From Paragordius varius (Eukaryota; Animalia; Nematomorpha), in NCBI GenBank assembly GCA_964247055.1, contig OZ176051.1, positions 14,260,001-14,324,000 of the forward strand: a DNA stretch of 64,000 bases, read 5' to 3'. The translations under genes and the position numbers were made by a program. Every line of letters begins with the position of its first letter. Positions within the stretch are counted from its first letter, which is position 1. Under the pieces are notes generated by a model. It saw only the letters and a program-made list of their open reading frames with translations, did not search any database and had not been told where the DNA came from. Below are positions 1-14,300 of the stretch, one piece after another.

Positions 1-780
1 CTATATATGGAAAAAGCGCTGAGTTAAATTCTTTGCTTTTATAGGGCAAATATTTTGGATCATCTTTGATACCATCGTCTCATGGGTTATTCGAAAAAAT
101 ACCTCAACACTAATAATTGTTATATGATGGAGTTTTAGGGCATAAAGGCCCCAAATTAACGATTAAAACCTGACCTTAATATTTACCTAGTTACGGGTAA
201 TATTTCAAGCTTTTAAAGAGCTCATATGGCTTCATAGATTTTCTGTAAATTAGCTCCAAAACAACGCAATTTTATATATTGGCGCAGTTTTAGCGGCTCT
301 GTTTACCCAGCAGCCAATATTAAAAAAACGCAAGACTTAAATTTTTGCCTTTTAACAGAGAATAACTCGAATCCTCAGTAATTTTAACGGCATGCCCTGG
401 GCAAAAAAATATTTAGTTTTTTGTAAAAAATGGCATTTTACGGGGAAACGGGTAAAAAGAGAGCCTTAATTAAAAAAGTAAGCCGATTAGGTTCGGCGCA
501 ATCGAAAAGAAGTAAAAATAATTTGAAATCAAATGGTCCAACACCTTTCCAAGGAAATTGTATCAGAGACACGATTTTTCTGGACTTCTGTTTCCAAAAA
601 AACCCGTTTTTTACAGGGGGTGGTCTCGAACTGGGAATCTAATTCAAAAATGGGCGAAGCTATTGTCGGGGCATTCATTAATGATTATATTTTTTTGACA
701 TTTGGAGGATTTGAATGGGTCCACCGGTTTTCCGGAAACAGATCACAAAGCCAGTATTTTCCATTTTTATAAATATATAG
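1..780 (+). repeat. Partial copy of a dispersed satellite-bearing repeat (inverse of 58760-60900)
   Basis: 1-240 matches the reverse complement of about 60440-60660, and 430-780 matches about 58760-59120. ORFs 533-772 and 58783-58968 share KKTRFL...[15 protein letters not shown]...RFSGNRS. Confidence 0.8.
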
Positions 781-929
781 ATTTTAATGATCGGAATATA
801 AATGCTGATATAAACAGTCTTTCCGAACCAGAAGATTTTATGATATATTTATCTACGGATGATTGTTATTTTTCTTTATAACAATAATTTTACAAGTTAA
901 AAAACATTTTTTGTTTAATTGTATTTTTA

Positions 930-978
930 TCACTCGCGACCCCAAATGGGGTCGCGACCCATAGATTAAGAAGCCCTG
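930..978. mobile_element. hAT-type MITE terminus (right end only)
   Basis: GGGGTCGCGACCC...TTAAGAAGCCCTG followed by TTCTAGAC, a hAT-like target site. The left end was not found. Confidence 0.4.
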
Positions 979-1559
979 TTCTAGACATTCATTGCCATAA
1001 AAACAATGTTTAAGCTATTTTTACCATCAGTTTTAAAAATATTCTAATTAAACGTCTCGCTTCGCGCGTTTGTAGCTTCCTGGGTCCAATAATAACTATC
1101 AATTTAAAATATCGTTAGCATTATATAGTTTTCATTACTCTTACGATTGATATATTACAAATGGGCATTTGTTGTTTATTTTCAAAGAAAAGCATTTATT
1201 AGTAAAGTTTTGATAAAAAGGGCGCATAACCAAAAAAATTAAACTAAACAAAATTCTCAGGTGGATCATAATTTTTATTTCGGATATACTTTTAAAATGA
1301 TAGTAAATATCACAAAAAACTGTGTAAAAATTTATTTATTTTTTGGTTAGATTTTTTTTTCATTTAATTATTTTAGTGTTTATTTTTTTATTTATTATAA
1401 TACTTGGTTGTATTTTCATTTTCATGGGATTTGTTTGTGAAGCGTGCAGGCCATGTGCTTTGCCAGTATAAATGGTTCGTTGATAAGTAGGCTATATGAA
1501 TTAGTTTATGAGGTAAAAAAGGTAAATTTCTTTTCAGGAGACTAGATACCCTGGAAACG

Positions 1560-4295
1560 GCACTAAGACGTGAGATGCTAACTATAAAATGTTTTAGTTA
1601 AGGTTCTACGGATAGTTACAGTGGGAATTGCCATAATAGTCTGTCTAAGATTTGCCAATCAAGTATTTGAGGTTAGACGTGCAGAGAGTAGAATTTTAAG
1701 TATTGACCTGCTGGATAAGAGCGTTTCATCTTTAGCGTTTATGCTATCCAGATAAGGCTGACTTAACTGGAGAAAGATAATTACTATTTATTAGACGGAG
1801 AGAAAAATCATATTTTTAGATGATTTCGATGGGCATGAGGGAAAATATAGAAGAGGTTGGATTGGCATGGCAAAAGGGTGCTAATTTATTAAAATTTTCT
1901 CAATCAAATAACTTAGCTATAAAAATACCATTACCTAAAGGATTAGCCATTTTTATCTATGAAAGTGAATAAATAAGTCACAGATCGATTATATCCTTGT
2001 ACCGAGAAAGTCTTGAAAGTATGTTGTGGACTGCAAAGTCACACCTAACTTGCAGATTTGCATACAACATAATATAATTATGTATAAATACATTACAGAT
2101 ATAGCAATAAATGCTAAAAGGCGTAGGCTTATAGCGCCGAAGGTAATCAAATGGGATTCTTTAAGAAACAGTAAAAAAAGATTTGTAGAAACGGTAGGTA
2201 GGCTAGACAAAGATCCTGAAAGAGTTTGGTATTAAATGGCTAGAACAATCAGAGAGGCGGAAGTGTGTGGAACGAAAGGTGGTAGAAATCAGGTGTATAG
2301 AGAGTGCTGGCTGAAAGACGAAAAATTTTGAAGGTCTAAACAAAATTTTTGAATCGCTCGACAAAGACACAGAAAAAAACTGGACATGCCCCCTTACGCC
2401 ACCGCTATTAAAGACAAAAACGGTAAATTTGTGAAGAGAAATTTTTGAATAGGTGACAAGAATATTTCCAGGATCTTGAATTAGGCTTCAGTGAATTCAA
2501 TTTACCCGAAACAGCAGATTATGTGTCTGCGCATATTGAAAGTTTTACTAAAGAAGTCCAGGTTGGTTTAGAAGAGATGTCTATAAATTAAGCTGCAGGT
2601 CCAGACGATATTAACATAAACTGTTGAAAAATAATGTAAGAGAGATGTATTGAATTGTAAACGAATATTTGAATGTTGTTACAAATATGATACCATTCGA
2701 TAAGAAGGAGAGTTTCACGGTTCCCATTAAGGGTAAAGGAGATATAAATGATTAACAACTATAGAGGAAATAAGATTGATGTCGCATAATAAAGTTATTT
2801 CATAAGATATTAGAGAAACGAAAAGAAAAATAGTTAGTACAGAGCGTAATCATTTTGGTTATTCCGAGAAAATCCACCAAATACCCTCTCCCTGTAGTCA
2901 GAAGGCTATTGAAAAGCATAAAAAAGTTGTATGGTATATTATTCGATATTGAAAAGGCGTTTGACAGAAGAAACCGAGTACAATATGGTAGAGTTTAAGA
3001 CAGAAAACGTGCATGAAAGTTACATAAAATTGTAAAAAGCATGTACCGATTTCACCATACCAAATTTAAAACAGACAAGGGTAGTCAGATCGAAAAATTA
3101 AGGCATCTATCAGGGGCACAATCATTCCGTTGCTATTTATGCATGGACGAAATTTCAAAATAAGTGGAGCAATATGAATGAATGAGAGACAGTGTGGCTA
3201 ATAGATAATATTCAACTTTTTGCTGGACTTTATGGACATCAGGCTGGTCTGTCTAAAATTGATCAGATTGGAAAGTGTAAGGTGGGTCTGTTAATTGTTT
3301 TGACCATCTTTTTTGGGTCTGCCCCTTTTACATTTACCTGCTACCAGGCCCAGCATGATTGTTTTTTTCAATTTGTTGTTGCGGATGACGTGGTCAAGGT
3401 AGCCTAATCTCGTTTTGTTATCATTTGAAGTAATGTAGTTAGGGTTGATTTTAATGCGAATCCATTTATTAATAGAGTTTGTCCGTCTATATTTTACCAA
3501 GTAGCGTTCTCCAGCAGGTTTGCTATGGTGGCTGGAATTTTTTTTAAGCAAAGGACCTAAGAGTGCTTTCAGGCGATTCACATGAATTGAAAGAATTGGT
3601 GAAAATAAATGTATTACGACGGTGCGGTTTTAAAGTTAATAAAAAGCAAGGGAACCTAAAACTTTGGTGGGAAAAAGGATAAATGGAAATAAAGAAGGTT
3701 GGATATTAAAAGGTCAGGAGGAATGCAAATATTTAGGAGCAATTTTAGCAGCATATGGTTAATTAACGCATATAGATCTAAAAGTTATAAATAATAAGAT
3801 CTTAGTGTTTTGTGCGACAAAAATATTGACCTAAGAGCAAAGGGTAAGATTTACAGTGCTGTTGTACAACCAACAATGATGTACAACTCACAGACATGGG
3901 CAACAAAGAAATCAGAAGAGAGGCACTTTGAGGTTACTGAAATGAGAATGCTTAGATTGATGTGCGGTGTAACGAGGAATGACAAGGTGAGGATATACAT
4001 TAAAGGAAGTACTCAAATCGAGCCGATAACGCAAAAGATTAAATCGTCTTTGATGATTTGGACACGTAGAAAGAAGAGATAAGAACTAAATTGGTAAAAA
4101 GATTGATGATTTTATTGTGGAAGGTAAGAGGGGTAGAGGGCGCCCTAAAACGCGATGGATAAATAGGATTAAGAGGCGCATGACAAAACTGAAGCTAAAA
4201 CGCGAGGACGCCACAGACAGGGTTCTATGGCGAAATAGTTTACGGATATGACCGCTAGAGTGATATCATATATGGTAATTATTATTAATAATATT
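1560..4295 (+). mobile_element. Decayed RTE-clade non-LTR retrotransposon (APE + RT), many stops and frameshifts
   Basis: Remnants of the APE C-terminus (DYILV...VDCKVTP, about 1990-2050) and RT (IRLMSH about 2770, KIYSAVVQPTMMYNSQTW 3845-3900, GRGRPKTRW about 4130-4160), then an ATT-rich tail. Confidence 0.85.
3185..3585 (-). mobile_element. 3' fragment of a second RTE LINE inserted in opposite orientation inside the decayed LINE
   Basis: ORF 3291-3581 contains TRLGYLDHVIRNNKLKKTIMLGLVAGKCKRGRPKK, similar to the C-terminus of the 27809-29230 RT ([32 protein letters not shown]). Confidence 0.75.
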
Positions 4296-4720
4296 ATAAA
4301 AAAATTTTTTTTAAAAACAATATTTTAAAATTAGATTAGGATTCCGAAGGTTTTAAATATTTGGTCCTAATTAGGACATTATTTTATGTAAACCTCAAGG
4401 TAAAAATTTGTCAAGTCATGTTTTAATTAGCTTAATATAAAAAATGCATAAACAAACCAATTATTCTGTTAAAATAAATGTTAGATGTATTTTTAATAAA
4501 ATATTATTTTAAATTTATTGTTAAAATCAAATAAACACGATATTTTAAAAATATTCAAAATAAAATTGGCATCGAAGGAGTTTGATATGAAACTTGTTTT
4601 TCAACTAAATTTTATTCAGATATTTTGTTTTTGGATAATTTTTATTAGGATAAAAATATAACGAATTGGAACCGTTTCTTTCAGTAATTATATTTATCTA
4701 CTTATAGTATGGGGTCCTAA

Positions 4721-5103
4721 CAGGGGCGTACCGAGGTGGGGGCAAGGGGGTGCATCATGCCCCGGGCGCCGTTATTTAGGGGCGCCTAAATGATTATTAT
4801 AATTAAAATTTAATTATGCAAAAATAATAAGAACTTTCAAATGAGATTTTTCAGCAATAAATCCCTATAATATATACTCTATTATTCACCTAATTAGTAC
4901 CATTGAATAAATTCAGTATCATATAAATATATATATTTAATAGATTTAAAATTTATATGACTGTGCTGTCTTATCTAAGGTCCTTTACAACGTTTGTATT
5001 TTTTTTACTGATTTGTTTTATTGGCTTTTTTTTAAAAAAAAGGGGGGGGGGGCGCCATAAAAGTTTTATGCCCCGGGCGCCGCAAATGCTTGGTACGCCA
5101 CTG
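4721..5103. mobile_element. hAT-type MITE, 383 bp
   Basis: TIRs CAGGGGCGTACC / GGTACGCCACTG (11/12 match). Flanking 8-mers GGTCCTAA and GGTCTTAG (6/8). Internal repeated ATGCCCCGGGCGCCG. Confidence 0.75.
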
Positions 5104-6589
5104 GGTCTTAGATATTTGAATAGAAACGTTAAAAGGCCTTGGTTAAATGATAACACATATAAGAGGGAGATATAAAAATATCCTGATTTATATATACTCT
5201 CTTATAAAAGATATCAGGATCATCTAATGCTTTTTGGGCCTTACCACTAATTTGAGAAAAATTTTAGACTACTCCAAAAAATTCCCAGCGCACATCATGA
5301 TAACTAAAATATTTTTGGTAAAATCTAAATACTCATTCAATATATCATAGATGATATTCAAAAAGCAAAACATATTATAATACCAAGTCTACGAAAGTCG
5401 CAATAGTTTGAGTGCCCTTAATATGGACCCATATTCAGAATAAACGCAAAAACAACGAAAGGACATTTTTTATGGTATTTTGAAGCACGAAACGGTATTC
5501 ATGGCGTAGACATTCCTATCACCTCAGAATTTTTATATATTTCATCTTAAAATTTGAGTCATTTTTATATAGATTTTATATATACATAAAATTTGAAGAT
5601 TAACATATATGTAAATCAAAATTTAAAGCTAATAAAGATATTTAAGGTCATTAAATTCAAGAAAAGTTTTTTTAAATGCCCCCAAACATTTTTTATTATA
5701 TGCTAAATTTTAAAATCATTAAAGATTCTTAAAAATGTGTACTTTTGGAATGAGTATATAATCTATTTTAAATGTCAAGAAGTCAAAAGAACGAAACACA
5801 AACACTATATTTTTTAGAAAATTATATGTTCTTAATTTACATGGATACACAGGTAGGCAGATGCGTTTAAATGCCAAATTGTTTAGTTAACAATATGAAT
5901 ATAGTTTAGCGGGTAACTTCTTGAATGAATTTATTCCAGAATCAAAACTCCATCGCAATATCCACCAAGAATTATAAAAATATTAAAAATCAACAGATAT
6001 ATAATAAACATGATAATGTTTTAGCTGGGAAAACAGTAATCCCGAATTGAGGCGGTGAATATTTTTAGATATTATGCTAAAAAATTTAATGCAACATATG
6101 CATATTTACCCAAAAATCTATTTTTACACGATTTTAATAAAAAAGTTTTATCATACTTAATATTATATTACTGAAGTATACATATAGGTGTATTATAAAA
6201 CATATAATTATTATAAGCTCATAGCTCATTTTTAACATTATTGTAGAATCAATTATATTAATATAATTAACATTCATCAATAGGAACCATAGTGTCCAGC
6301 ACAGGGTTTGCGGGCCTCATTTTCAGCTCGAAAAACTGAGGACCACATTAAAAACATTTTATCTTAAAAGCCATACACTCTACAAACGTTTAAAATGATT
6401 CCCAGCTCTATGCGCAGAAAACCACCTGAATTTTTGAAAAAAATACCTTAATTCTAACTATTATACCAAAAATATATTTTAATATTTTTACCACTTATTC
6501 GCACACAGTATGATCCAAGTAAACAAAAACTACTCAAATTTATAATCCATTAACATCCATAAATTAATATAAAAAAATCAATCAATAAT

Positions 6590-8374
6590 TTATTTATGTT
6601 TTGTATTATGCTGAATACTGGTTGATGTGTTGATTGCACCTAGACATACATCATTTAGTTTATTCAAAGTTTCAAGTACATTAGGAATTTTGAGTTGCTG
6701 AATGAACAGTGATAGTGGAACAATAGTTGCATTATTAGGTAATTGGATGAGTGAATGTTTGTAGCTATCTTTGTACAAGTATCTGACATAACAATCGATC
6801 GAATCGATTGAAGTAGCTTTTGTGGTTGTGTTTTCTTCCACGTCTTCAACATCTTTGCACCACAATTCAAAGGTAAAAGCTGCCCCAAAACTCGGTTTCC
6901 GATTAACGGGTAAACCCAGATAGGTTAGTAAAGCATAAATGGTAAAATCATGGGCCAAGAAAACTTGTATGACATCATTTTTGCCATAATTTTTATGGAG
7001 TCGTCTAAGAAACGTAGCCGTACAATTGGCAAGCAAATTCAAGGATTCACGCGTTAAATTAGTATTATTCGTGTGGTGAGCATTATCCTTCATAGATACC
7101 AATTTACGCTGAACATTTTGACAGGCACGAAAAAAGGATTTCTCTTTTGCTATATTTTGTGTTTTATTATCCTTTTTCCCAAGCATAATAACCGTTTGAT
7201 TTTTGGCGATAACTTTATTGATTGTCTCAATCTTATGTAGCATATCTTTGTATAGCTCGCGCATGAAAACACCAACTACATAAGTTTGCAAGCTTTTATC
7301 AGCCCCAAACATATTAGCGAAAGTAATATCGACAAAATGTTGGACAAAATCCAACATATCTCTCGACTGAGGCGTCGAATCAACCGTTTTATTTAATTGG
7401 ATCCATGAGGGAAGGTATGTCATATTCTCCATGTGATCACTTGCTAAAGCATCCTCTATTTGCGAAGCACGAAATATTAGCTCTGAGAGAGTGAAACCCG
7501 TCAAATTAGATAACTGGTCCATAACGTGCAAATTTTGTTCAAAAAATGTGACCAGAGATGAATTTTGTGATAATAGGCTCTCCTCAATGTTTACGGTTAA
7601 GGGTTTACACATGTAGTAATTGTAAATAGTGTAGGGTAAGCTTGCAGGCGTAGAATTAACTTTAGTCAACCATTTATTGATTTGGGTGGAGGGAATAAGG
7701 CTGAGATGTTTTTTGACCCAATTATTGTGCGAGTTATTTCCTAGTCGCAAAATCTCCAAAATCATACTTTGATTCAATATATGCCACGGTTGTATATTAT
7801 CTATCAGAACATTGTGAATATGAGACGTGTTCTTTCTATCCCTCCAAGATTGTTCACAACCACCTACTTTGTTAATTTCTCGTTGGACATGCTTCATACC
7901 CTGGTATAAAGCATACGAGCTACTTATCGTACGACTAGTATTTGTAGCAATAAAAGAGATGGCTGAATCAGGCGTTAAATTTTTAATGATAATATTTTTA
8001 CCCGCTGTTTTCGATTGACTACTTATATTGTTTTTATTATTGTGACTAGAAAATGATTCATTAATCGTTGGCTTATTGTTAATTGATTTACTACTAGTTT
8101 CATTAATGTTACTACAGGGTAACATAATGCCAAAACTATAACGTGGATGCCATTTATTGCGTAAATCTCGAGCATATCGATCCCAAAAACGGGCACCCGC
8201 CTCAAAAAGTTGTTGAACGCCCAAAGGTGTTAAATGACCCAATCCGTAAGGCCAATGTTCGCTTCTAAGTTCATATTTGGGATAAAGGAAAAAAGGGTCG
8301 GGAGCCTTAGCCCCGTGTCTTGAAATGTAATACACCCCAACCAGCTTATAATCATCTGTAAAAGGAGGACACAT
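6590..8374 (-). CDS. Histidine acid phosphatase (branch 2, prostatic/lysosomal-like), 594-aa uninterrupted ORF; N-terminus may extend upstream
   Basis: SRHGAKAP, then WPYGLGHLTPLGVQQLFEAG, ATNTSRTISSS and FLAHDFTIYALL...PSFGAAFTFELW. The frame is open to a AATAG acceptor at 8411. A possible exon 8471-8506 (weak GTCGAC donor, 60-nt intron) would add a signal-like MNLGLIFKIIFIHYCMC. Confidence 0.85.
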   Translation of the reverse strand: MCPPFTDDYKLVGVYYISRHGAKAPDPFFLYPKYELRSEHWPYGLGHLTPLGVQQLFEAGARFWDRYARDLRNKWHPRYSFGIMLPCSNINETSSKSINNKPTINESFSSHNNKNNISSQSKTAGKNIIIKNLTPDSAISFIATNTSRTISSSYALYQGMKHVQREINKVGGCEQSWRDRKNTSHIHNVLIDNIQPWHILNQSMILEILRLGNNSHNNWVKKHLSLIPSTQINKWLTKVNSTPASLPYTIYNYYMCKPLTVNIEESLLSQNSSLVTFFEQNLHVMDQLSNLTGFTLSELIFRASQIEDALASDHMENMTYLPSWIQLNKTVDSTPQSRDMLDFVQHFVDITFANMFGADKSLQTYVVGVFMRELYKDMLHKIETINKVIAKNQTVIMLGKKDNKTQNIAKEKSFFRACQNVQRKLVSMKDNAHHTNNTNLTRESLNLLANCTATFLRRLHKNYGKNDVIQVFLAHDFTIYALLTYLGLPVNRKPSFGAAFTFELWCKDVEDVEENTTTKATSIDSIDCYVRYLYKDSYKHSLIQLPNNATIVPLSLFIQQLKIPNVLETLNKLNDVCLGAINTSTSIQHNTKHK

Positions 8375-9652
8375 ACAATAATGAATAAAAATTATTTTGA
8401 AGATAAGTCCCTATTTTGATCAAATATGATGTGGGGTAATGCAATTTAAAATATTAATTAATAAGTCGACTAAATTCATAATAGTAGTTATGTTATTACT
8501 TTCCATATGTATTGTTATTTAAATTTTAACATTCTCAAATATTTACTAATTAATTACTGTTAAAAAAATTTTAAGGCTAGGAAGAATCTAATTTTTTATG
8601 GGTATCTTGGCAGAGATTGTGACAGCTTCTAAAAATACAATGTCAAAATTTAACATATGTTTTCATATTTATTGTAAAAATTGCAGACATGCATTAACAT
8701 TTACACCATTAATAAAATTTTTAATACCGGTTTATGGATATGAGATGTCTTTAACAAGTGTACTTACAACTAAAAAATAATTGATTAGATCACATATATG
8801 TGCCAATGTAAATATAAAATGCGAAAATTACAAAATGAAGTGTTCGACATGTCTAAAAAACTGATTTAGTTAATTATAAATTGAGAATTCACATAAAACA
8901 CCAATTAGATTAGTGATCAAAAACAAAGTTAATTTTTTTTGATAAAAGAGTGGTCAAAATCACGATAAATATCCATTCATTCCGAACACATTATGAAAAA
9001 ATTTAAAACCGCCATTAACAATAAACGTAATACTCTAAAAATTTTAGTGTAAAACTTGTCACATAAATATTTTTTAACATTTTAGCCCATGTAAATATTA
9101 AAAATGTGCTTCTTATTTAAATAATATATTTTTACGATTTTACCAGGGTTACACAATCATCTTAAATGATTCCGTCATTTATTTTTATTAAGTCATTTAA
9201 GTTACTCCAACTTTGGTAATAAAAAAGAATAAAAAAATTATACCCGATTGAATATTGACAGAAACTAGCGGTATAATTCCTATACATAATATAAGGATGA
9301 TTAAACTTATCCAATTCATTACAACGAGTTAATATAAGTAAAAAAGTTAACATTCAATCTCAAAATTGGGGTTCACAAATTTTTCTTTATAAATACACTA
9401 GAATTAATCACATTATCTTTGCAAAACATCGAGATCAAATTTCTAACGCAATTTTTTATTGTAAAATAACAAATTATCAGCACAGTGATAATTCATAAAT
9501 CTCAATTATTTTCAATATAATAATCACTCACTTATTCAACGATTATATATTATTATCGACAATAATATATAAATATAAATATTTTATTTAATGCTATGTA
9601 TTTACAAATTGTAACGAATATATATATATATCAATATATATGTATATCGTAT

Positions 9653-11255
9653 TCATTCTTCAATGATTGAAATATTTGGCATTGAGAGATTGCATATCAA
9701 TTGATCACTCAAAGATTTTTCCCCTTCACTCAAATCACTGAGATCCGCATTAATTTGGGATGAACAGGTATCAAACACAGAAATGTTATCTAAAATATTT
9801 GATTTGGTCGATTTGTTAGATATATTCATAATAGTAATTTGCTGGTTTGCTGGTAAAGAACCGTTTTGTCCTTTAACCTTGAGGGATTGAGAGCTATTTC
9901 GATAACTTTTCGTAAGTTCCTTATCGTTTAACAAAAAAGGCATTTCTTTAGTTGTTTTTTGTGATGATTTCACTTTAATTTTACATTTATTATTTTGAAC
10001 ATTACTTAAAGCATTGGGTTGTTTATTTGTGCGCGTGTTGTCAATATTGCCATTTAACGCGGGTTTCATTGCAATATCATCATTATTATTTGAAGTAGTA
10101 GTTAGCTTTTTTGGTATTTCCATTTGTATCAAGGGTTTAGTAGTTTTTCTTACGCTGATATATTCAGATTTTTTAAGGTCGCTCCTTTTCTGAGCAGTAG
10201 TTGGTATTTGTGAAATGAGTTTAACCTTAGTTCCATCTTTGCTACTATTCGTTAGATCCTCTAATTTAGCTCGAGAATAAGAACCCATTTTTGTGTCCCC
10301 ACAAAAAGATTTTTTTACATTAAAATCTTGAGGTTTAGTTATTAAACTTGTCAATTTGTGGTTGCTAATGCAAGACGTCGGCTTATTTTGTCCAACGTAT
10401 TCGTGACATATTTGTTTGACAAAATCGTCGGAAAAATGATATGAGGTAGTGTTGTCATATGATTGAGAAGTTAATTTATTTAATCGCTCAATGTGCTATA
10501 TAAAAGGGTAGGTAGCATGAATTAAAAATGTAAGTAAATTTATGAAACACATATGAATTATATATTATCGTAATATTAGGATAAATGTATAATATGGAAA
10601 AACGCTTTGTTTTGATATAGCAACAGCCAAATCTCAAAATAAGAAATTTTTTACAAATAATGATGATGGTAACGCCACAATTTTAAATAATATTAAAAAA
10701 AACATTGTCAATACTATTTTTAAATTTAATCATATTCAGAACCATAATTTTCTCTATATTACATAGGGAATTAAGAGGGGCTCAAAATTTAATACTTGAA
10801 GGAAAAAAAAAGATTTTCCATAAAATATTTTATTAATTGCATTATCTTACGGTAACTAATCCCAATTTATTGGAAATTTTGTTTTCAACACGCCCCATAA
10901 GGGCGTAAATTTCATTCAAAAGGTCATCATTTGTGGGCATCAAAGCTAATTTAGATTTCATAACTTTTAACTTTTCCTGTAACACACTGTATGCCTTTTG
11001 CGAATTAGCCCAATCATACAAAGAGAAAAAGAGTTGTGAACTCTTGAAATCTAATACAGGATTGATATTATTAATTGTGAAACATTTTGGTTTCTTCTTA
11101 GTAAGTATATGTGTAATTAAGTAATTACGGCGTGAATCCTGATAATTTTTTTGGCAAAGTGTGAGATATTTTGTAGATACTTCGACCAAATCAATATTTG
11201 GTTTGTGTTGGATAGAGTTTACTAAATCACTAGCCTACACGATATTTACATGATA

Positions 11256-11305
<50 letters not shown>

Positions 11306-14300
11306 CAACATATTATTTTTAGATAATCACAATATAAAAATCAATTTTTACAAAAGAAAGAAAATTAAAGGTGTACGTACCTTTAGAATGTCCTTGTAAC
11401 CATCCAAAGATCTAAACAAAAAAAGATATATAAAAGTAATAATTAACATTAGTGTCCAGACAAAAATGGAATAATAATTATTTTTTACAATATAAAAATA
11501 TTAATTTTCGCGTTTCCTATCATTAATTTTGTCAGACATGGTTACAAAAAGAACAAATTTAAAATTGAAAAATAAATTCTTTTGTCAAATTGATTAAACA
11601 TGTTTTATTAGTATCAGTTAAACGATCTTTAAAAAAATTATAAGTATACCTCATGCTTTTAAGGCTTACAAATCCATCATTTATGCGTTTAGTAAAATTA
11701 TTCAAAGCTTCAACTTGATCCCCATATTTCGATTTATATCCTTGGATCTAGATATTATATAAGGCAAACACAATGATTAGAGAAAGCAGAAATAGTAATT
11801 TGTTAAACTTACGTTGATAGATAATTATTCGTCCCCCCCCCATTTATGCATATAAAAAATTTCAAAAAAACCTTTATTGAAAAAAAACACTTACAGATTG
11901 GTTCATTTTGCGCAAAGAGAGTTGTAATTCAGTCAGTGTATTGTTTGCATCTATCGGATCTAATTGACGGCTTACAATTATTTCATGATTAAGTTTGTTG
12001 AGATTGGTTGCCAATTCGCTTGAAACATAAAAAAAAGCGAATAGTATGCAAAAACATTATTGAAAATCAAAACCAAAAATAAATATATTATAAATTTACA
12101 CCAGTATGATAGGTGATATATTATTTAATATAATGTTTAAGAATTGTGTTTATATAAGCCTATGCATATTTCAAAGCCATATTTAACTAAACTGGGCAAA
12201 AAATTAAGTTCAATTAAAAGCAAATGACTTTTTCTCACAAGACATGCATATTATCATGAACTTTCTAATGTTATCAGGATTGTTATGGAGAAATATTATT
12301 TAATATATTGTTAAGTAATATTCAAAAAACTAATAATGGATATATTAAACCAGATCCCACAATCGAGGCCTAATGATAGTAAGAGGTATTCAACTATACT
12401 ATGTTTAAAATTATATCCTTTTTTACTTGTTTTTGTGTTCTAAAATAGTTTGAAAGTTTTCCTTTGCATTCGCTTGTTTACTCATTAATTGGTGCAATTG
12501 AGTTTTCAAATCTTGCAATGTCATGGGGATAGGTCTGTAGTGCGGTAATAACGTTAAATCACTCGATGTGTCTTGTGATAATAATTTTTTCCTTGTGTTT
12601 TGGGGTGTAGAACTTTGAGAGGTTTGAGGCGCCTCATTGTTGTTTTTACCATAAGATAAGGCTAGATATTGTTGAAATCCACAATCTTGCATAAGATTTG
12701 TTGACGATCCTATTATTGGTAAGAACGAAACAAATTTGTATGTGAAACAAAAATAAAATGTTTAATTATCCATCTCAAACAAAATGTGTGACAATTGATA
12801 AATGACAAGTAATTTATTGAATATTGTTTAAGCCGAAGTGTTATTGTATTACAAATGCAATTGAAATTCAGCTAAAATTAAATGAATTTTTGGGACGAAT
12901 TACAAAGTTTACTGTAGTAATTGAAAATTCCCCCCAATAAATTCATTTAATTTTAGCTGAATTTTAATTGCAATAATAATTAATTTGTTGAAAATACAAG
13001 AGTTTTATACGTTATAAACAGACAGACTAGGTTTTTAACAATTAAGGTCTAACGCTATAAAAGAGAAATAAATACCATAATGCGATAAACAGTTGATTCT
13101 TAGTTTTTTAACCGATAATTTCTTACATTTTAAAACCGTAAAAATTTTTAGATAGCTGCTTGATTAAATTTTAATTGGCAAATTCTGTTATATGTAGAAG
13201 TTAGGTCCAACAAAATTTTCTAATCGCCTAAAAATATGACCATAAAAAGGGTATTTTACAGTCAAAAATGTTAAACATGTACACTTTTGACATTTCAAAT
13301 TAGATTTTAATTAAACAGAAAACATATTTCTCACCATATTAAACTGAAAAATAATATAAAACATATTTAATCACACTTTCACATATATTTTAAAATATTA
13401 TATCTCTAGAATAATATTATGTAACCGAAAACTCAATTCATAAAGTCATATGCAAAAAAGCCCTAGTTTTAGTGAAAGTTATAATTTTACCCAAAATTAG
13501 TGTGTATTTTTTTGAAATTGTAAAACATTTCTGGTATATTTAAATTATACTTATTTTTCCCATATTATTATGAAATAAAAATTTTTTATATGGCTAAATA
13601 GGTTACAATAAAAACCTACCTACACCACCTTTTCCAAAGTCCATAGTACGATCATTTAATGTTAATAAATGAATCAGAACGAAGCGTGAAAAACGGGCTA
13701 AAAAGCGTACAACTTTAAATCCAGTCGGGCACACAAATATGGACATTGTAATAGGCTCCAATTTGGCATAACTGAATTCCTTAAATATATATATATATAT
13801 ATTATATTTGATCGTAGAGTTTTTAATTAAAATTTAATGAAAACCATACATTTTAGCCTTCTTTAAATAAAGACTTAGTTTTTTTATAGTTCCCAAATAG
13901 TTACCAGTGTATGTTATGAAAGCCCTCATAAAGAGCCAAAAAATATAACTATAATATAATATCCAATGTCATTCATTATAATTATCAATTAAAAAATAGA
14001 AAATTTTATATAACATTTACACTTCAAATTCACCTTTGAACAATTTAAATTCATACAATTCGAATTCATGCTAAAATAAATTATTAGTTATTTAAGATTA
14101 CAAATTACCTGTTTTTTATATGTTGTAAGAAAAATGGTTAAAATTAAAGTTATACTGAAAAATAAGTAAGCTAAGTCATAAATTTCATATTAATAATGAG
14201 TTATATCAGTTTGACACATAATTTATTTTTAGGGTGAATGTGAATTGTATTGGTATTCGCAAATCATGATGCGGATAATAAGTATTGAGAGAGTGAGATA

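Noticed and set aside
11813-11894. Apparent 23-nt intron (11872-11894) plus a 59-nt exon inside HAUS6 intron 6
   Set aside because: The extra exon ends in phase 2 but the next exon starts in phase 0. The direct 147-nt intron keeps the frame.
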